A stretch of DNA of 64,000 nt. It comes from Coleofasciculus sp. B1-GNL1-01 (GTDB lineage Bacteria; Cyanobacteriota; Cyanobacteriia; Cyanobacteriales; Coleofasciculaceae). The translations under genes and the position numbers were made by a program. The notes beneath the pieces were generated by a model. The model saw nothing but the letters and a program-made list of their open reading frames with translations, had not been told where the DNA came from and did no database searches. Shown piece by piece: positions 1-11,919 of the stretch. Position 1 is the first letter of the stretch. Every line of letters begins with the position of its first letter. The stretch lies in assembly GCA_040220235.1 (NCBI GenBank), contig JAVJTO010000039.1, one strand, 5' to 3'.

Positions 1-355
1 CATTAATTTGGAGATAGCCGCCAGTTAGGTGGTGTTAGCTTGTGGACTGGTTGAGTGCCGACACCGCCAGGATGAAGCAGGAAGTAAGTTCCAGGGATGT
101 CCATTTGTGGGTAGCTTTGGGTAAGTCTTATGTAACGGATACGACATGAGGAGGTAAGCGAAAAGATGCGATCGCACAAAAACACGATGGAATGAAGATC
201 CGTCCTACTCCTATGCTATTTTCAGGATACATGATGATTTCAGCAAGACGGGCAGCACATCGCTCTCGGTATTCTCGATTACTCAGCCGACCAACAGTTC
301 CAATCGTTACAACAATTACGTAGAAACGTGCCATGGCACATCTGTTATCAGTCCA

Positions 356-877
356 ATGAAGCAAGTTACAGTTTATCTCAACCACGGAAAACACTGTACC
401 GGAAGCTCCGATAACGGCAGAACCACCACCGAGAACCATATCTTGTATCCCGGTGATATGTGTATCGTTGATCCCGCCCATTCAAACAAACACAAATACA
501 GAGGTAGAATCGGCAGACTGGATGGCACCCAACGAAAAGGAATTCCCCGAATTTGTTTCACGGACAAAAAAGGTGGTTATGGTTACATCAATCCCGTTGA
601 TCTCTCCCCTCTCCCCGCTAATCTACCCGCTATAACCAGCATTAAATCATCGTCCCAAAAACCCCATCCCACCTTTTCCGTAGACTTACCGCCAAAAGTT
701 CCCGGCGACAAAGATAGTCTGCAACGCGCCATCTGTCTCCTGGGAAATCGCACCAAATCGGAACTCAAACCCAAGCATCAAACCGAATTAAAAGAACTCA
801 TTGGCACGTATCCCAACGCCCAGAGAGCCGCCGACTGGAAGAAAGGATTAAAGCAAGTCGTTAAACAGTCAAGTTAA
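356..877 (+). CDS. Hypothetical protein, possibly with a KOW/SH3-like segment
   Basis: 173-aa ORF; LYPGDMCIV..KYRGRIGRL resembles a KOW-like motif; no family recognised. Confidence 0.45.
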   Translation: MKQVTVYLNHGKHCTGSSDNGRTTTENHILYPGDMCIVDPAHSNKHKYRGRIGRLDGTQRKGIPRICFTDKKGGYGYINPVDLSPLPANLPAITSIKSSSQKPHPTFSVDLPPKVPGDKDSLQRAICLLGNRTKSELKPKHQTELKELIGTYPNAQRAADWKKGLKQVVKQSS

Positions 878-988
878 ATCAAGATAAGTAGGTTGGCATT
901 AATTAATAGTAGTCATTGAGGTAAGGCAGAAGGTAACGAGTAAGGTAGCAAGAAGGAAATGATAACAGTTTAGGCGGACAGACTAACC

Positions 989-1030
989 CTCTCTGCGTTT
1001 CTCTGCGTTTTCCTCCGCGTTCTCTGCGTT
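989..1030. repeat. Short tandem repeat (CTCTGCGTTT-like, about 4 copies)
   Basis: ctctgcgttt ctctgcgttt tcctccgcgt tctctgcgtt. Confidence 0.7.
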
Positions 1031-1064
1031 AAAAAATCCAACTAGCCATAGTATAAAATAACTC

Positions 1065-1958
1065 ATGTCTCATCCCCAAAAAATTCGCCAACTCCTCCAA
1101 CAACCCGAAACTCTCATCCTTCCCGGCGTATACGATTGCATCAGCGCCAAACTTGCCGAAAAAATTGGCTTTGAAGCCATCTTTACCAGTGGCTTTGGCA
1201 TTTCCGGTTCCACCCTCGGTAAACCTGATTACGGTTTTCTCACCGCTACCGAAATGCTCAATAGCGCCGGACAAATTGCAGAATCTGTTACCATTCCCCT
1301 TATCGCTGATATTGATACCGGGTACGGAAATCCCCTCAATGTTATCCGTACCGTCACCGATATCGTTAAACTTGATATTGCCGGAATTATCCTGGAAGAC
1401 CAAGAATTGCCCAAGAAATGTGGTCATTTTGCCGGAAAACGGGTGATCCCCGCCGCAGATCATATCCAGAAAATCCGCGCCGCCGTTCAAGCCCGTGGTA
1501 AAAGTGACTTAGTGATTATTGCCCGTACTGACGCCCGTGCGCCTTTGGGACTCGATGAAGCGATTCATCGCGGACGTGCCTATTATGAAGCTGGGGCAGA
1601 TATTATCTTTATAGAAGCCCCTCAGTCTCTTGAAGATTTACAGGCGATCGCCTCAGCCCTTCCTAATGTGCCTCTGTTTGCCAATATGATAGAAGGGGGC
1701 AAAACTCCGGTGCTGTCGGGTCAACAATTGCAAGAGTTAGGCTTCAAAATTGTCGTCTATCCCCTCTCTGGCTTATTTGCTGCGACTAAAGCCATGATGG
1801 ACTGTTTGAGTCATTTACGCCAACAGGGAACTACCGCAGGCTTTTCCAATCTCGTCTCCTTCCCAGAATTTGAGCAGCTTATTGACGTACCGCACTATCG
1901 CCAACTCGAACAGCAGTTCACTGTATCAGAAGCATCACCACCGGGGGAAATGGGATGA
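1065..1958 (+). CDS. Isocitrate lyase/PEP mutase family enzyme (2-methylisocitrate lyase-like)
   Basis: Motifs DIDTGYG, LEDQ..PKKCGH, IIARTDA, FIEAP, ANMIEGGKTP. Confidence 0.92.
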   Translation: MSHPQKIRQLLQQPETLILPGVYDCISAKLAEKIGFEAIFTSGFGISGSTLGKPDYGFLTATEMLNSAGQIAESVTIPLIADIDTGYGNPLNVIRTVTDIVKLDIAGIILEDQELPKKCGHFAGKRVIPAADHIQKIRAAVQARGKSDLVIIARTDARAPLGLDEAIHRGRAYYEAGADIIFIEAPQSLEDLQAIASALPNVPLFANMIEGGKTPVLSGQQLQELGFKIVVYPLSGLFAATKAMMDCLSHLRQQGTTAGFSNLVSFPEFEQLIDVPHYRQLEQQFTVSEASPPGEMG

Positions 1959-2373
1959 GATGATGGGGCGATGAAGTGATGGGGGAGTTAATTCAACATT
2001 ATTGCACTTGGTCAGGCGAGAGGCAATACTGCTCGGATAAGCTTTCTCCCCAGCTCCCCCAGCTTCCAGACGTGCCATGGCACGTCTCTACATTGCTTCC
2101 CCAGCTTCCCCAACTTCCCTGATTGATCCGGTTGACCAATAGAAGAATGTCAGTATACATGGGTAGAAAGGGACGCCATCTTCAAAACTTAACCGGAATG
2201 CCCTGAAATCCCCTGTAGACGGCAACTACACCTAACCATTACGGTTCTGCCCACTGATAGAGTCCATCATACAGAGGTAAAGTGTTAGTAGAAAGTACAT
2301 AAAAATTTACAAATAAGGGTAAATCGTTTACCCCTTCAGCCAATCATATACCGCTCGGCAAAGGAAACCAACC

Positions 2374-4857
2374 ATGTTTGAACATTTTACAGACAGAGCT
2401 ATCAAATCCATTATGCTCGCCCAAGAGGAAGCCCGTCGCCTGGGACATAACCTCGTGGGAACGGAGCAAATTCTCCTCGGATTGCTGCGAGAAGGAACCA
2501 GTGTGGCGGCGATTGTCCTCAAGGAGATGGATGTCACCCTGGAATCGACTCGGAAGGTGGTCGAAAAAATCATTGGTCGCGGGTCAGGCTTCGTTCCGGC
2601 TGAAATTCCCTTCACACCTAAAGCCAAACGCCTGTTTGAGCAGTCGTTTAAAGAAGCGCGACAACTGGGACACAATTATATCGGTCCAGAACATTTGTTA
2701 CTCGCCATTCTGCAAGACACCGACAGCGTCGCGGGTAAAGTGTTGCAAAGTTTAGGCGTCAACCCCTCCACCGCCCGCACCAAACTCATTCAAGCCATTG
2801 GCGAAGTCGCCGCCGCTGCTACCGCTAGAGGACCCGGTACTTCAATGATGGGTCGCACATCAAAGTCCGCCACCTTGGAAGAGTTTGGCAGGAATCTCAC
2901 CCAGTTAGCCTCAGAAGGTAAGTTAGACCCGGTGGTGGGTCGTGTCAAGGAAATCGAACGGATTATTCAAATATTAGGACGCCGAACCAAGAATAATCCC
3001 GTATTATTGGGAGAACCAGGTGTTGGTAAAACCGCGATCGCCGAAGGATTGGCGCAACGGATTTCCGATAATCATGTACCAGAACTATTGGAAAATAAGC
3101 AGGTGATCAGCCTGGACATCGGATCACTGATTTCCGGTACTCGTTTCCGGGGTGACTTCGAGGAACGCATTAAGCAGATTATGCAGGAAGTGCGTGAAGC
3201 CGGAAATATTATCCTGGTGATTGACGAAATCCATACCTTAGTTGGTGCTGGGGCGCTAGAAGGCGGATTAGATGCAGCAAATATCCTCAAACCCGCTTTA
3301 GCACGAGGCGAACTCCAGTGTGTCGGCGCGACAACATTGGATGAATATCGTAAGCATATTGAGCGCGACGCCGCCCTAGAACGCCGTTTCCAACCAATTA
3401 TGGTGGGTGAACCCTCAGTTGAGGAAACCATTGAAATTTTGCAGGGGTTGCGAGATGCTTATGAGCAGCATCACCGAGTCGAAATCTCTGATCATGCGTT
3501 AGATGCGGCGGCGAAACTGTCAGATCGTTATATTAGCGATCGCTTCTTACCGGACAAAGCCATTGACTTGATTGATGAAGCTGGAAGCCGTGTGCATCTG
3601 ATTCATTGTCAGCCGTCTCCAGCCACGCGAGACATCAAGCGTCAAATGCGTCAGGTGACAAAAGAAAAAGAAGACGCCGTTCGTCTCCAGGACTTTGAAA
3701 AAGCCGCCCAATTGCGCGATCGCGAACAGGAACTGGAAACTCAGCTTCAGGCAATTCTGCAAGAGGAAACGGATGCAGATACCCCCGTACAGACACCTCT
3801 GGTGAATGAGGAAGATATCGCCCACATTGTCTCCTCCTGGACAGGTGTACCCGTCAACAAGTTGACCCAATCCGAATCAGCGATGCTGCTGCACATGGAA
3901 GATACATTGCACCAACGCTTAATTGGTCAAGAAGAAGCGGTTACCGCTGTCTCCAAAGCGATTCGGCGGGCGCGGGTGGGGTTAAAAGACCCGAATCGAC
4001 CCATCGCAAGCTTTATCTTCTCTGGACCGACGGGAGTGGGTAAGACGGAATTGGCGAAAGCGTTGGCGGCTTACTTCTTCGGGTCAGAAGAGGCGATGAT
4101 TCGCTTGGATATGTCTGAGTACATGGACCCGCACACCGTCTCTAAGCTAATCGGTTCGCCTCCCGGATTTGTCGGCTATGACGAAGGTGGTCAACTTACA
4201 GAAGCTGTCCGGCGTCAACCCTACACGGTACTCCTGTTTGACGAAATCGAGAAAGCACACCCCGATGTCTTCAATAGCCTCTTACAACTGTTGGATGATG
4301 GTCGGTTGACAGATGCCAAAGGTCGTACCGTAGACTTCAAGAACACCCTGATTATCATGACCTCGAACATCGGTTCACGGGTGATTGAAAAAGGTGGCGG
4401 TGGTTTCGGATTTGAAGACTCAGACAACCTAGCTGAATCTCAATACAACCGGATTCGCAGCCGCGTGAATGATGAACTCAAGGATTATTTCCGTCCAGAG
4501 TTCCTCAATCGCCTTGACGATATTATCGTCTTCCGTCAGTTAAACCGCGATGAGATTAAGCAAATTGCTGATCTCCTGTTGGTGGAAGTTTCCACTCGCT
4601 TAGTTGAACAGGGAATTACCCTAGAAGTGACCGAACGGTTCAAAGAGCGTTTAGTTGAAGAAGGGTATGATCCCAGTTATGGGGCGCGACCTTTACGTCG
4701 GACGATTATGCGGCTATTAGAAGATAGCTTAGCCGAAGCCATGTTAGCGAGTGAGATCCTTGAAGGAGAAACCGCTGTGGTTGATGTTGATGAGAATGGT
4801 GAGGTGAAGGTTTTACCAGGTGAATCACCAGCGCGGTTGCTACAACCTGTAGGTTAA
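2374..4857 (+). CDS. clpC: ATP-dependent Clp protease ATP-binding subunit ClpC (divergent paralog)
   Basis: Clp N repeats, Walker A GEPGVGKT and [11 protein letters not shown] coil, GARPLRR. Confidence 0.95.
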   Translation: MFEHFTDRAIKSIMLAQEEARRLGHNLVGTEQILLGLLREGTSVAAIVLKEMDVTLESTRKVVEKIIGRGSGFVPAEIPFTPKAKRLFEQSFKEARQLGHNYIGPEHLLLAILQDTDSVAGKVLQSLGVNPSTARTKLIQAIGEVAAAATARGPGTSMMGRTSKSATLEEFGRNLTQLASEGKLDPVVGRVKEIERIIQILGRRTKNNPVLLGEPGVGKTAIAEGLAQRISDNHVPELLENKQVISLDIGSLISGTRFRGDFEERIKQIMQEVREAGNIILVIDEIHTLVGAGALEGGLDAANILKPALARGELQCVGATTLDEYRKHIERDAALERRFQPIMVGEPSVEETIEILQGLRDAYEQHHRVEISDHALDAAAKLSDRYISDRFLPDKAIDLIDEAGSRVHLIHCQPSPATRDIKRQMRQVTKEKEDAVRLQDFEKAAQLRDREQELETQLQAILQEETDADTPVQTPLVNEEDIAHIVSSWTGVPVNKLTQSESAMLLHMEDTLHQRLIGQEEAVTAVSKAIRRARVGLKDPNRPIASFIFSGPTGVGKTELAKALAAYFFGSEEAMIRLDMSEYMDPHTVSKLIGSPPGFVGYDEGGQLTEAVRRQPYTVLLFDEIEKAHPDVFNSLLQLLDDGRLTDAKGRTVDFKNTLIIMTSNIGSRVIEKGGGGFGFEDSDNLAESQYNRIRSRVNDELKDYFRPEFLNRLDDIIVFRQLNRDEIKQIADLLLVEVSTRLVEQGITLEVTERFKERLVEEGYDPSYGARPLRRTIMRLLEDSLAEAMLASEILEGETAVVDVDENGEVKVLPGESPARLLQPVG

Positions 4858-4860
4858 CTT

Positions 4861-4982
4861 TCATTCCCAGGATCTTTTTAGGTTCCCAGGCAAAGCCTGG
4901 GAATGCTTTTAGGGAGGCAAAGCCTCCCATATTTTTCGGTTAAATTGGGCGCAAAGTTGGGCGCAAAGTTGGGCGCCCCTAC
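4861..4982. repeat. REP-like palindromes and GGGCGCAAAGTT tandem repeat downstream of clpC
   Basis: ttcccaggcaaagcctgggaa; gggaggcaaagcctccc; (ttgggcgcaaag)x2 followed by ttgggcgcccctac. Confidence 0.65.
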
Positions 4983-5256
4983 GGTTTCTGTGATACAACA
5001 GCGATAACTATCACACCACATCTCAAACTGAAAGCACAAAATGTTCAAGCAAAAAGGGAAATGGGGTGAGGGGGTGAGGGGGAGAAGTTTTTATTATGGG
5101 TGAGACAGCCGGACATCATAATAAACCCGTTAAAACGGGTTTTAGCTTTTAGCCGGAACTTGAGTTCCAGGCTTGAGTTCCGGACTGAAATCTGATGAAC
5201 GATGTGCAAAATAATCCTATAGTAATTAAAGAGCGGCGAATTCTTAAGAAACTGTT

Positions 5257-6453
5257 GTGAAATCAATTACTCTCCTCGGCTCCACTGGATCGATTGGCAC
5301 GCAAACCTTAGAGATATTAACTCACCATCCAGACCAATTCCGGTTGGTGGGATTGGCAGCACGCAGCAATGTGAAACTGTTAGCTGCCCAGATTCGGCAG
5401 TTTCGACCGGAAATCGTAGCCTTATGTGATGCTCAAAAATTACCTGACCTAAAAGCCGCGATCGCAGATCTTGATCCCCAACCGATTCTGGTGGCGGGAG
5501 AAGCGGGTGTGGTGGAGGTTGCCCGTTATGGTGATGCTGAAGCGGTAGTCACTGGGATTGTTGGATGTGCCGGATTACTACCGACGATCGCGGCAATTGA
5601 AGCCGGAAAAGATATTGCCTTAGCCAACAAGGAAACCCTAATTGCCGGGGGACCCGTTGTCAATCCCCTGATTGCCAAACATGGGGTTAAACTGCTTCCG
5701 GCTGACTCCGAACATTCTGCTATCTTCCAATGCCTTCAGGGAGTCCCAGAGGGCGGATTACGGCGGATTATCCTCACCGCATCTGGGGGCGCGTTCCGGG
5801 ATTGGTCAGTCGATAAGTTAGGGGAGGTAACAGTTGCCGATGCGATTAAACATCCTAACTGGTCGATGGGGCGCAAAATTACCGTCGATTCCGCTACCTT
5901 GATGAATAAGGGGCTAGAGGTGATTGAAGCACACTTCCTCTTCGGTATGGATTATGACGATATTGATATTGTCATCCATCCCCAGAGCATTATTCACTCC
6001 CTGATCGAGTTACAAGATACCTCCGTCTTAGCCCAGTTAGGGTGGCCCGATATGCGCTTACCCCTACTCTATGCCTTATCCTGGCCCCATCGGATCTATA
6101 CGGACTGGGAACCCTTGGATTTAGTCAAAGCGGGGACGCTGACATTTAAAGAACCTGACCATGATAAATATCCCTGTATGCAATTAGCCTACGCCGCAGG
6201 GCGGGCTGGGGGTTCAATGCCAGCGGTATTAAACGCCGCTAATGAGCAAGCCGTGGCACTGTTTTTAGACGAGAAAATCCAATATTTAGACATTGCCCGG
6301 TGTATTGAGCAAACCTGCGATCGCCACAGCCGTGATAACTGCCCTGATCCTGGACTAGAGGATATTCTAGCCGCTGATCGCTGGGCAAGGGAGGAAGTAT
6401 TGCGGATTTATCCAACCCTAGAAACGAGCGATCGCGTGGTTTCTCTGCGATAA
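5257..6453 (+). CDS. dxr: 1-deoxy-D-xylulose-5-phosphate reductoisomerase
   Basis: [44 protein letters not shown] start. Confidence 0.97.
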   Translation: MKSITLLGSTGSIGTQTLEILTHHPDQFRLVGLAARSNVKLLAAQIRQFRPEIVALCDAQKLPDLKAAIADLDPQPILVAGEAGVVEVARYGDAEAVVTGIVGCAGLLPTIAAIEAGKDIALANKETLIAGGPVVNPLIAKHGVKLLPADSEHSAIFQCLQGVPEGGLRRIILTASGGAFRDWSVDKLGEVTVADAIKHPNWSMGRKITVDSATLMNKGLEVIEAHFLFGMDYDDIDIVIHPQSIIHSLIELQDTSVLAQLGWPDMRLPLLYALSWPHRIYTDWEPLDLVKAGTLTFKEPDHDKYPCMQLAYAAGRAGGSMPAVLNAANEQAVALFLDEKIQYLDIARCIEQTCDRHSRDNCPDPGLEDILAADRWAREEVLRIYPTLETSDRVVSLR

Positions 6454-6618
6454 TGAAAACACTGTTGGTCAATTCACTAACGATTAACCCCTCCTACACA
6501 CCTACCCCTCTGCACTCCTGCACCCCTGCTCACAGACAACTAACTTAAGGAAGTTGGGGACTGTTGTTCTGGTGTGGTGTAATGGAATCTTAGATGATCC
6601 AACTTTAATAAACCTTTC

Positions 6619-7302
6619 ATGCACACCAAAGCTTTTAGTGAGCTTTTCCCTCTATTTAATACGGCGAACCCCGAGACACTAGAATGGCTATTGTCAGTTG
6701 GAGTCGAACATGAGTATCCCACAGGGCGAGCCGTTTTAATGGAAGATGCCTGGGGTAATGCTGTTTACTTTATCATGTCCGGTTGGGTCAAAGTTCGACG
6801 CCTGTACGGAGAAAACGCCGTTACGTTAGCAATTTTGGGTCGGGGAGATTTTTTTGGCGAGATGGCAATCCTGGATGAATCTCCCCGGTCTACAGATGTT
6901 GTCGCCCTTTCATCAGTCAAATTACTCAGCGTCTCCGCCCAGCGCTTTATTCAAACCCTGTTCAAAGATCCCCAGTTACACCACCGGATGCTACAACTGA
7001 TGGTTAGACGGCTGCGTCAGACGAATGTCCGCTTTCAACGACGCCATCAACCCCCAGCGATTAAGTTAGCCAATACCTTGGTCAACTTAGCAGATAATTA
7101 TGGTCAAGTGGGGGAAAAGGGAACCGAAATTTATAACATTCCCTATAAAGACTTGGCTAATGTTACGGATATCAGTGTGGAAGATACAGCTAAAATCATG
7201 AAAAAGCTGGAAAGTAAGGGTTGGACTGAAGTTGACCCCCAAGAGCAAAAACTTTGTTTGATTAATCTCAAACAACTAACCCATCTAGCTGGACGGCTTT
7301 AG
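6619..7302 (+). CDS. Crp/Fnr family transcriptional regulator
   Basis: cNMP-binding FFGEMAILDESPRS plus C-terminal HTH. Confidence 0.92.
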   Translation: MHTKAFSELFPLFNTANPETLEWLLSVGVEHEYPTGRAVLMEDAWGNAVYFIMSGWVKVRRLYGENAVTLAILGRGDFFGEMAILDESPRSTDVVALSSVKLLSVSAQRFIQTLFKDPQLHHRMLQLMVRRLRQTNVRFQRRHQPPAIKLANTLVNLADNYGQVGEKGTEIYNIPYKDLANVTDISVEDTAKIMKKLESKGWTEVDPQEQKLCLINLKQLTHLAGRL

Positions 7303-7316
7303 GATAGAAGGAAGCT

Positions 7317-7385
7317 GGGGGAGATGGGGGAGATGGGGGAGATGGGGGAGATGGGGGAGATGGGGGAGATGGGGGAGATGGGGGA
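7317..7385. repeat. 9-bp tandem repeat (GGGGGAGAT, about 7.5 copies)
   Basis: Seen directly in sequence. Confidence 0.95.
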
Positions 7386-7395
7386 AGGGATTACC

Positions 7396-7472
7396 AATGA
7401 ACCATGAACTATCAACCATCAACCATCAACCATCAACAAAGGACGAATGACAAATGACAAAGGACAAATGAC
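7396..7472. repeat. Heptamer STRR tract (AACCATC, ATGACAA/AGGACAA) running into the next start codon
   Basis: Seen directly; similar tracts at ~21690-21780, 26850-26883, 35496-35530, 37081-37107, 51590-51627. Confidence 0.85.
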
Positions 7473-9207
7473 TAAACCCACCTTTCATTATCACGTCGCT
7501 ATGCCTCAACCTCAATCTCATTTGTTTGAGGTGATGCTACAGGTAAATGGTTGGTCTGAATCAGTGCTAGATTTAAAAATGCCTGTCTGGACTCCGGGTT
7601 CCTATCTAGTGCGGGAGTATGCCAAACACCTACAGGATTTCCGAGTTGAAGCGGGAAACCAGCCCTTACCCTGGAATAAACGGAGTAAAAATCATTGGCA
7701 GGTTCAAACAAAAGACGCCTCAACCCTCATTGTCCGCTACCGCGTCTTTGCCAATGAATTATCAGTACGCACCAATCACCTTGATGCCACTCATGGCTAT
7801 TTTAATGGGGCGGCATTATTTTTATTTGTCCCGGATTTTGAGCAACAGCCCATTCAGGTGACGATTGTCCCCCCTAAATCCGATTGGCAGACAACTACAC
7901 CCTTACCCGCCGTCGAGGGGGCTGAAAATACCTTTGAAGCCGAGGATTTTGACACCTTAGTCGATAGTCCCTTTGAAATTGGCACACAACAGGTTTACGA
8001 CTTTAAGGTTCTGGGGAAACCGCATCAACTGGCAATTTGGGGACAGGGAAATGCTGATCCGCAACGGATTATTGCGGATACGACGAAAATTATCGAGACA
8101 GAAGCCGAGTTGTATGGGGGATTACCCTACGAACGGTATTTATTTTTACTGCATTTATCGTCCACAGGGTTTGGTGGTTTAGAACATAAAACCTCTTGTT
8201 CCTTAAATTATCCCCGTTTCGCGTTCCGGGCGAAAGATAAATACAATCGTTTCATGCAATTAGTCGCCCATGAGTTCTTTCACCTGTGGAATGTTAAGCG
8301 GATTCGCCCCAAAGTTTTGGAACGGTTTAACTACGAACAAGAAAGCTTTACCACATCCCTGTGGTTTTGTGAAGGGACAACCAGTTATTATGATTTAGTC
8401 CTCCCCTTACGGGCAAAGATTTACGACAGTAAAACATTTTTAGAGGGGTTAAGTAAAGAAATTACCCGGATGCAACTGATCCCAGGGCGTTTGGTGCAAC
8501 CGCTGAGTGAATCCAGTTTTGATGCTTGGATTAAGTTATATCGCCGGGATGCCAATAGTGATAATAGTCAGATTTCCTATTATCTCAAAGGCGAAATGGT
8601 ATCCTTATTACTGGATTTGCTGGTGCGATCGCGTCATGGGAATCAGCGCTCCCTGGATGATGTGATGCGGCGCATGTGGCAAGAGTTTGGTGTTAAAGAG
8701 GTTGGCTTTACGCCTCAACAACTGCGAGAGGTGTTAGAGTCTGTCGCTGATACTGATTTGAGTGATTTTTTCCGTCGCTATATTGAGGGGACAGAGGAAT
8801 TACCCTTTGATGAGTATCTTGAACCCTTTGGCTTAACCCTCACGGCAGTAGAAGATGAGGACTCTAAACCTTATTTAGGGGTAATTGTCAAGAGTGAAAA
8901 TGGGCAAGAGGTGGTCAAGTTTGTCAACGCCACCTCTCCAGCGGGAATAGCTGGGGTGGATGCAGGGGATCAGTTACTCGCCATAGACGGTTGGCGAGTC
9001 AGTGCGGATCAATTATGCGATCGCCTAAAAGATTACCATCCTGGTGACACGATTCAGGTAACCCTGTTCCATCAAGACGAACTTTGTACCTTACCCGTTA
9101 CCCTAGGCGAATCCCAACCCACCCGCTACCAGGTTGTGCAGCTTGAAAATCCCTCGGAGACTCAAAAACAGAATTTAGCCGGGTGGTTGAACACCAAGGA
9201 GGATTAA
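7468..9207 (+). CDS. M61 family glycyl aminopeptidase-like metallopeptidase with PDZ domain
   Basis: MPVWTPGSY, GGLEH, HEFFHLWN, EGTTSYY, C-terminal PDZ; start placed after the STRR-derived codons (track start 7447). Confidence 0.93.
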   Translation: MTKPTFHYHVAMPQPQSHLFEVMLQVNGWSESVLDLKMPVWTPGSYLVREYAKHLQDFRVEAGNQPLPWNKRSKNHWQVQTKDASTLIVRYRVFANELSVRTNHLDATHGYFNGAALFLFVPDFEQQPIQVTIVPPKSDWQTTTPLPAVEGAENTFEAEDFDTLVDSPFEIGTQQVYDFKVLGKPHQLAIWGQGNADPQRIIADTTKIIETEAELYGGLPYERYLFLLHLSSTGFGGLEHKTSCSLNYPRFAFRAKDKYNRFMQLVAHEFFHLWNVKRIRPKVLERFNYEQESFTTSLWFCEGTTSYYDLVLPLRAKIYDSKTFLEGLSKEITRMQLIPGRLVQPLSESSFDAWIKLYRRDANSDNSQISYYLKGEMVSLLLDLLVRSRHGNQRSLDDVMRRMWQEFGVKEVGFTPQQLREVLESVADTDLSDFFRRYIEGTEELPFDEYLEPFGLTLTAVEDEDSKPYLGVIVKSENGQEVVKFVNATSPAGIAGVDAGDQLLAIDGWRVSADQLCDRLKDYHPGDTIQVTLFHQDELCTLPVTLGESQPTRYQVVQLENPSETQKQNLAGWLNTKED

Positions 9208-9307
9208 GCTCATACCCAGCAACTGTAGGGGCGCAAAGACTTGCGCCCGATTCAATGGTAAAATCTATTCCACCATTTTAGATTTAAGCTGGTCAAGCGT
9301 CTGGAAC

Positions 9308-9369
9308 AAGGGCGGGTTTAGTTGCATTTTGGTGAGACAAGAAACAATAATAGTGAAACCCGCCCCTAC
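9308..9369. repeat. REP-like element with GGGCGGGTTT...AAACCCGCCC arms
   Basis: Inverted arms around a ~40-nt spacer; copies at ~18931-18995, 19092-19154, 43406-43466, 51483-51542. Confidence 0.8.
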
Positions 9370-9501
9370 AGCCCACTCAACCATCCACCCTCCCCCGTAT
9401 GTCCGATGCCTAAATCGATGTTCTAGTCTCTGGCAAAATCACTTAGCTGTAGTACAATCGATAACCATACCTTCCCGCAGCCTTGACTGTCTAGTTTAAA
9501 A

Positions 9502-10416
9502 ATGCATAAATTTCTGCCAATCGCTTACTTTAAAAATCAATTCCTTCCCTTCGATGATGCCAAAATTTCCATTGCTACCCATGCGCTGCACTATGGAACA
9601 GGCGCTTTTGGCGGATTGCGCGGGATTCCTGACCCCCAAAACCCCGAACAAATTCTCCTGTTTCGTTTAGACCGTCATTGTAAACGATTAAGCGACAGTG
9701 CCAAATATTTACATTACGACTTACCCGCTGATAAAATCAAAACTATAATTGTAGATTTCGTCAAAAAAAATAAAGTTAAAACCTCGTTTTATATCCGACC
9801 CTTTATTTATACATCCGATTTAGGAATTGCCCCCAGACTTCATAAGATTGAAAAAGACTTTTTCGTCTACGGATTAGAACTGGGTGATTATTTATCCCCA
9901 GAAGGGGTAAGCTGTCGAATTAGTTCCTGGTATCGTCAAGCGGATCACAGTTTACCCCTGAGAGGTAAAATTAGTGGCGCTTATATCACATCATCTCTGG
10001 CAAAAACAGAAGCAGTAGAATCCGGATTTGATGAAGCCTTATTAATGAATGCTCAGGGAAAAATCTGTGAAGCCTCCGGGATGAATATCTTTATGGTGCG
10101 GAATGGGCAACTGATTACGCCGGGATATGATCAAGATATTTTAGAAGGAATCACCAGAGATAGTATCCTGACGCTGGCAAAGGATTTAGGTATCCCCACA
10201 ATCGAACGCCCTGTCGATAAATCGGAGTTATTGATTGCCGATGAAGCCTTTTTAAGTGGGACGGCGGCTAAAATTACTCCAATTAAACAGGTTGAAAATT
10301 ATAAATTACCAAAAACCAGACCCATCACAGAGAAACTGAGAGATAAAATTACGGCAATTACGGAAAATCGCGATCCCAATTATCAAGATTGGGTGTATGT
10401 TGTTCCTCTAGGATAG
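9502..10416 (+). CDS. ilvE: Branched-chain amino acid aminotransferase (PLP class IV)
   Basis: HALHYG, GKISGAY, EASGMNIF, LEGITR, GTAAKITP. Confidence 0.93.
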   Translation: MHKFLPIAYFKNQFLPFDDAKISIATHALHYGTGAFGGLRGIPDPQNPEQILLFRLDRHCKRLSDSAKYLHYDLPADKIKTIIVDFVKKNKVKTSFYIRPFIYTSDLGIAPRLHKIEKDFFVYGLELGDYLSPEGVSCRISSWYRQADHSLPLRGKISGAYITSSLAKTEAVESGFDEALLMNAQGKICEASGMNIFMVRNGQLITPGYDQDILEGITRDSILTLAKDLGIPTIERPVDKSELLIADEAFLSGTAAKITPIKQVENYKLPKTRPITEKLRDKITAITENRDPNYQDWVYVVPLG

Positions 10417-10581
10417 AGTAAACATTAAAGTCGGTTGGGTAAAGCGTAAGCGAAACCCAACAGACTAAGCCCCTAGCGTTGGATGATGAAAAAAAAGTTC
10501 AGCCCAATCTAAACCGACAACGGTGATAGGCTTCCATCTGGCTTGTGTGTAACCAAATGGGACTCGTTAACCTAGATTAGA

Positions 10582-11919
10582 ATGAAACAACTTTCACTGT
10601 TTGAAACTGACAATACTACACCTCAATCCTCCTACTTACATCTTGAGGGCGACATTCCTATCGATCTCCCTGAAGATTCCCTAATTTCTTTACAACGAAA
10701 ACAACCCCTTAAAATTCATTCCCTTGGTTTCCAACCGGCAAAATCGATTCCGGAAATCCCACATTGGTTTTTAAGAAAGTATGGCAAAGGCAAATGCACA
10801 ATATTAGAACCTTTTGCTGGTTCAGGAACAACAATTATTGAAACTTTATTACAAGGTGCATCAATTTATTGGCTTGACTATCATCCTTTAAGTCGCCTGA
10901 TTTGTCGCGTTAAAACCCATGTATACGATGGAGCCGAGATTCTCGGCTATGCCGAGCAAATATTGAAAAATGCTTATACAGTCAAACATCCATTAGAAAC
11001 CATCAATTTCGCCAATAAAGATTTTTGGTTTCAAAAACCTGTTCAAGCTGGATTAGAAAGTCTCCGAGTCCAAATCCTTCAAGTTCCGGAAGCCATACAA
11101 CCTTTATTTTGGCTGGTTTTTGCTTCGACAGTCCGCAAAACATCTGATATGAATGATGGCATGATCCTCGCCGCCAAACGAGCGAATGTCAAAGAAATTC
11201 CCCAGCGTTCTCGCGAAGATGTTTATCGGTATTTTAAAGACTATCTTGATAAAGCGTTAGAGGCAATTGGGGAATGGCAGTTTGTCTTAAATAACTCGTT
11301 TCAAAATGCAATTGAATCGAATTCAAAAACAGCCATTGATATTACAGGCGATTGGCATTGTGATGCGGTAATTACTTCGCCGCCTTATATTAATGCAATT
11401 GATTACGTTTGGGCGTCTAAGTTTGAGTTACATTGGTTGGGCTTAGTGAGTAATGATCGCGAAAGACTTGATTTATATACTCAAGAAATTGGCACGGAAA
11501 GAATTACCCGAAACGAGTATTTACAATTGGGAAAAACTGGAATTTCCTATCTTGATCATTTAATTGCTGATATTTACTACGGTACGCAATATCAAGCGAG
11601 TAAAGGACAAAATCAGCTTCGTGCAAGAGTTGTTTATAAATATTTTATGGATATGAAGATGCATTTTTTAAGCTGCTTCAATTATCTTACTTCAGGTGGC
11701 TATTATTGCTTTGCAATTGGCGATATTAGTAAAATTTGCGGTGTTGAGATTCCAGTAGCTAAACTTTTAACGGAAATAGCTGAAGAAATTGGCTTCGCTA
11801 AAATATTTCAGTTTCACTTATTGCTAAAAAATCGTCGGCTTAATTTACCAAGGAATGTGAATTGGGCGGGAACAATTAAGCATGATACCGTTGTTGTCTT
11901 GCAAAAAAGCAAAACATGA
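10582..11919 (+). CDS. Amino-DNA methyltransferase, probably N4-cytosine, alpha motif order
   Basis: Motif I EPFAGSGTT precedes motif IV ITSPPY. Confidence 0.88.
   Translation: MKQLSLFETDNTTPQSSYLHLEGDIPIDLPEDSLISLQRKQPLKIHSLGFQPAKSIPEIPHWFLRKYGKGKCTILEPFAGSGTTIIETLLQGASIYWLDYHPLSRLICRVKTHVYDGAEILGYAEQILKNAYTVKHPLETINFANKDFWFQKPVQAGLESLRVQILQVPEAIQPLFWLVFASTVRKTSDMNDGMILAAKRANVKEIPQRSREDVYRYFKDYLDKALEAIGEWQFVLNNSFQNAIESNSKTAIDITGDWHCDAVITSPPYINAIDYVWASKFELHWLGLVSNDRERLDLYTQEIGTERITRNEYLQLGKTGISYLDHLIADIYYGTQYQASKGQNQLRARVVYKYFMDMKMHFLSCFNYLTSGGYYCFAIGDISKICGVEIPVAKLLTEIAEEIGFAKIFQFHLLLKNRRLNLPRNVNWAGTIKHDTVVVLQKSKT

Noticed and set aside
3..481. Short minus-strand ORFs at the window start
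   Set aside because: No recognisable motifs; overlap a REP remnant (~320-344) and the 356-877 ORF
2160..2260. K-box or CIRCE heat-shock element upstream of clpC
   Set aside because: Only a weak partial resemblance
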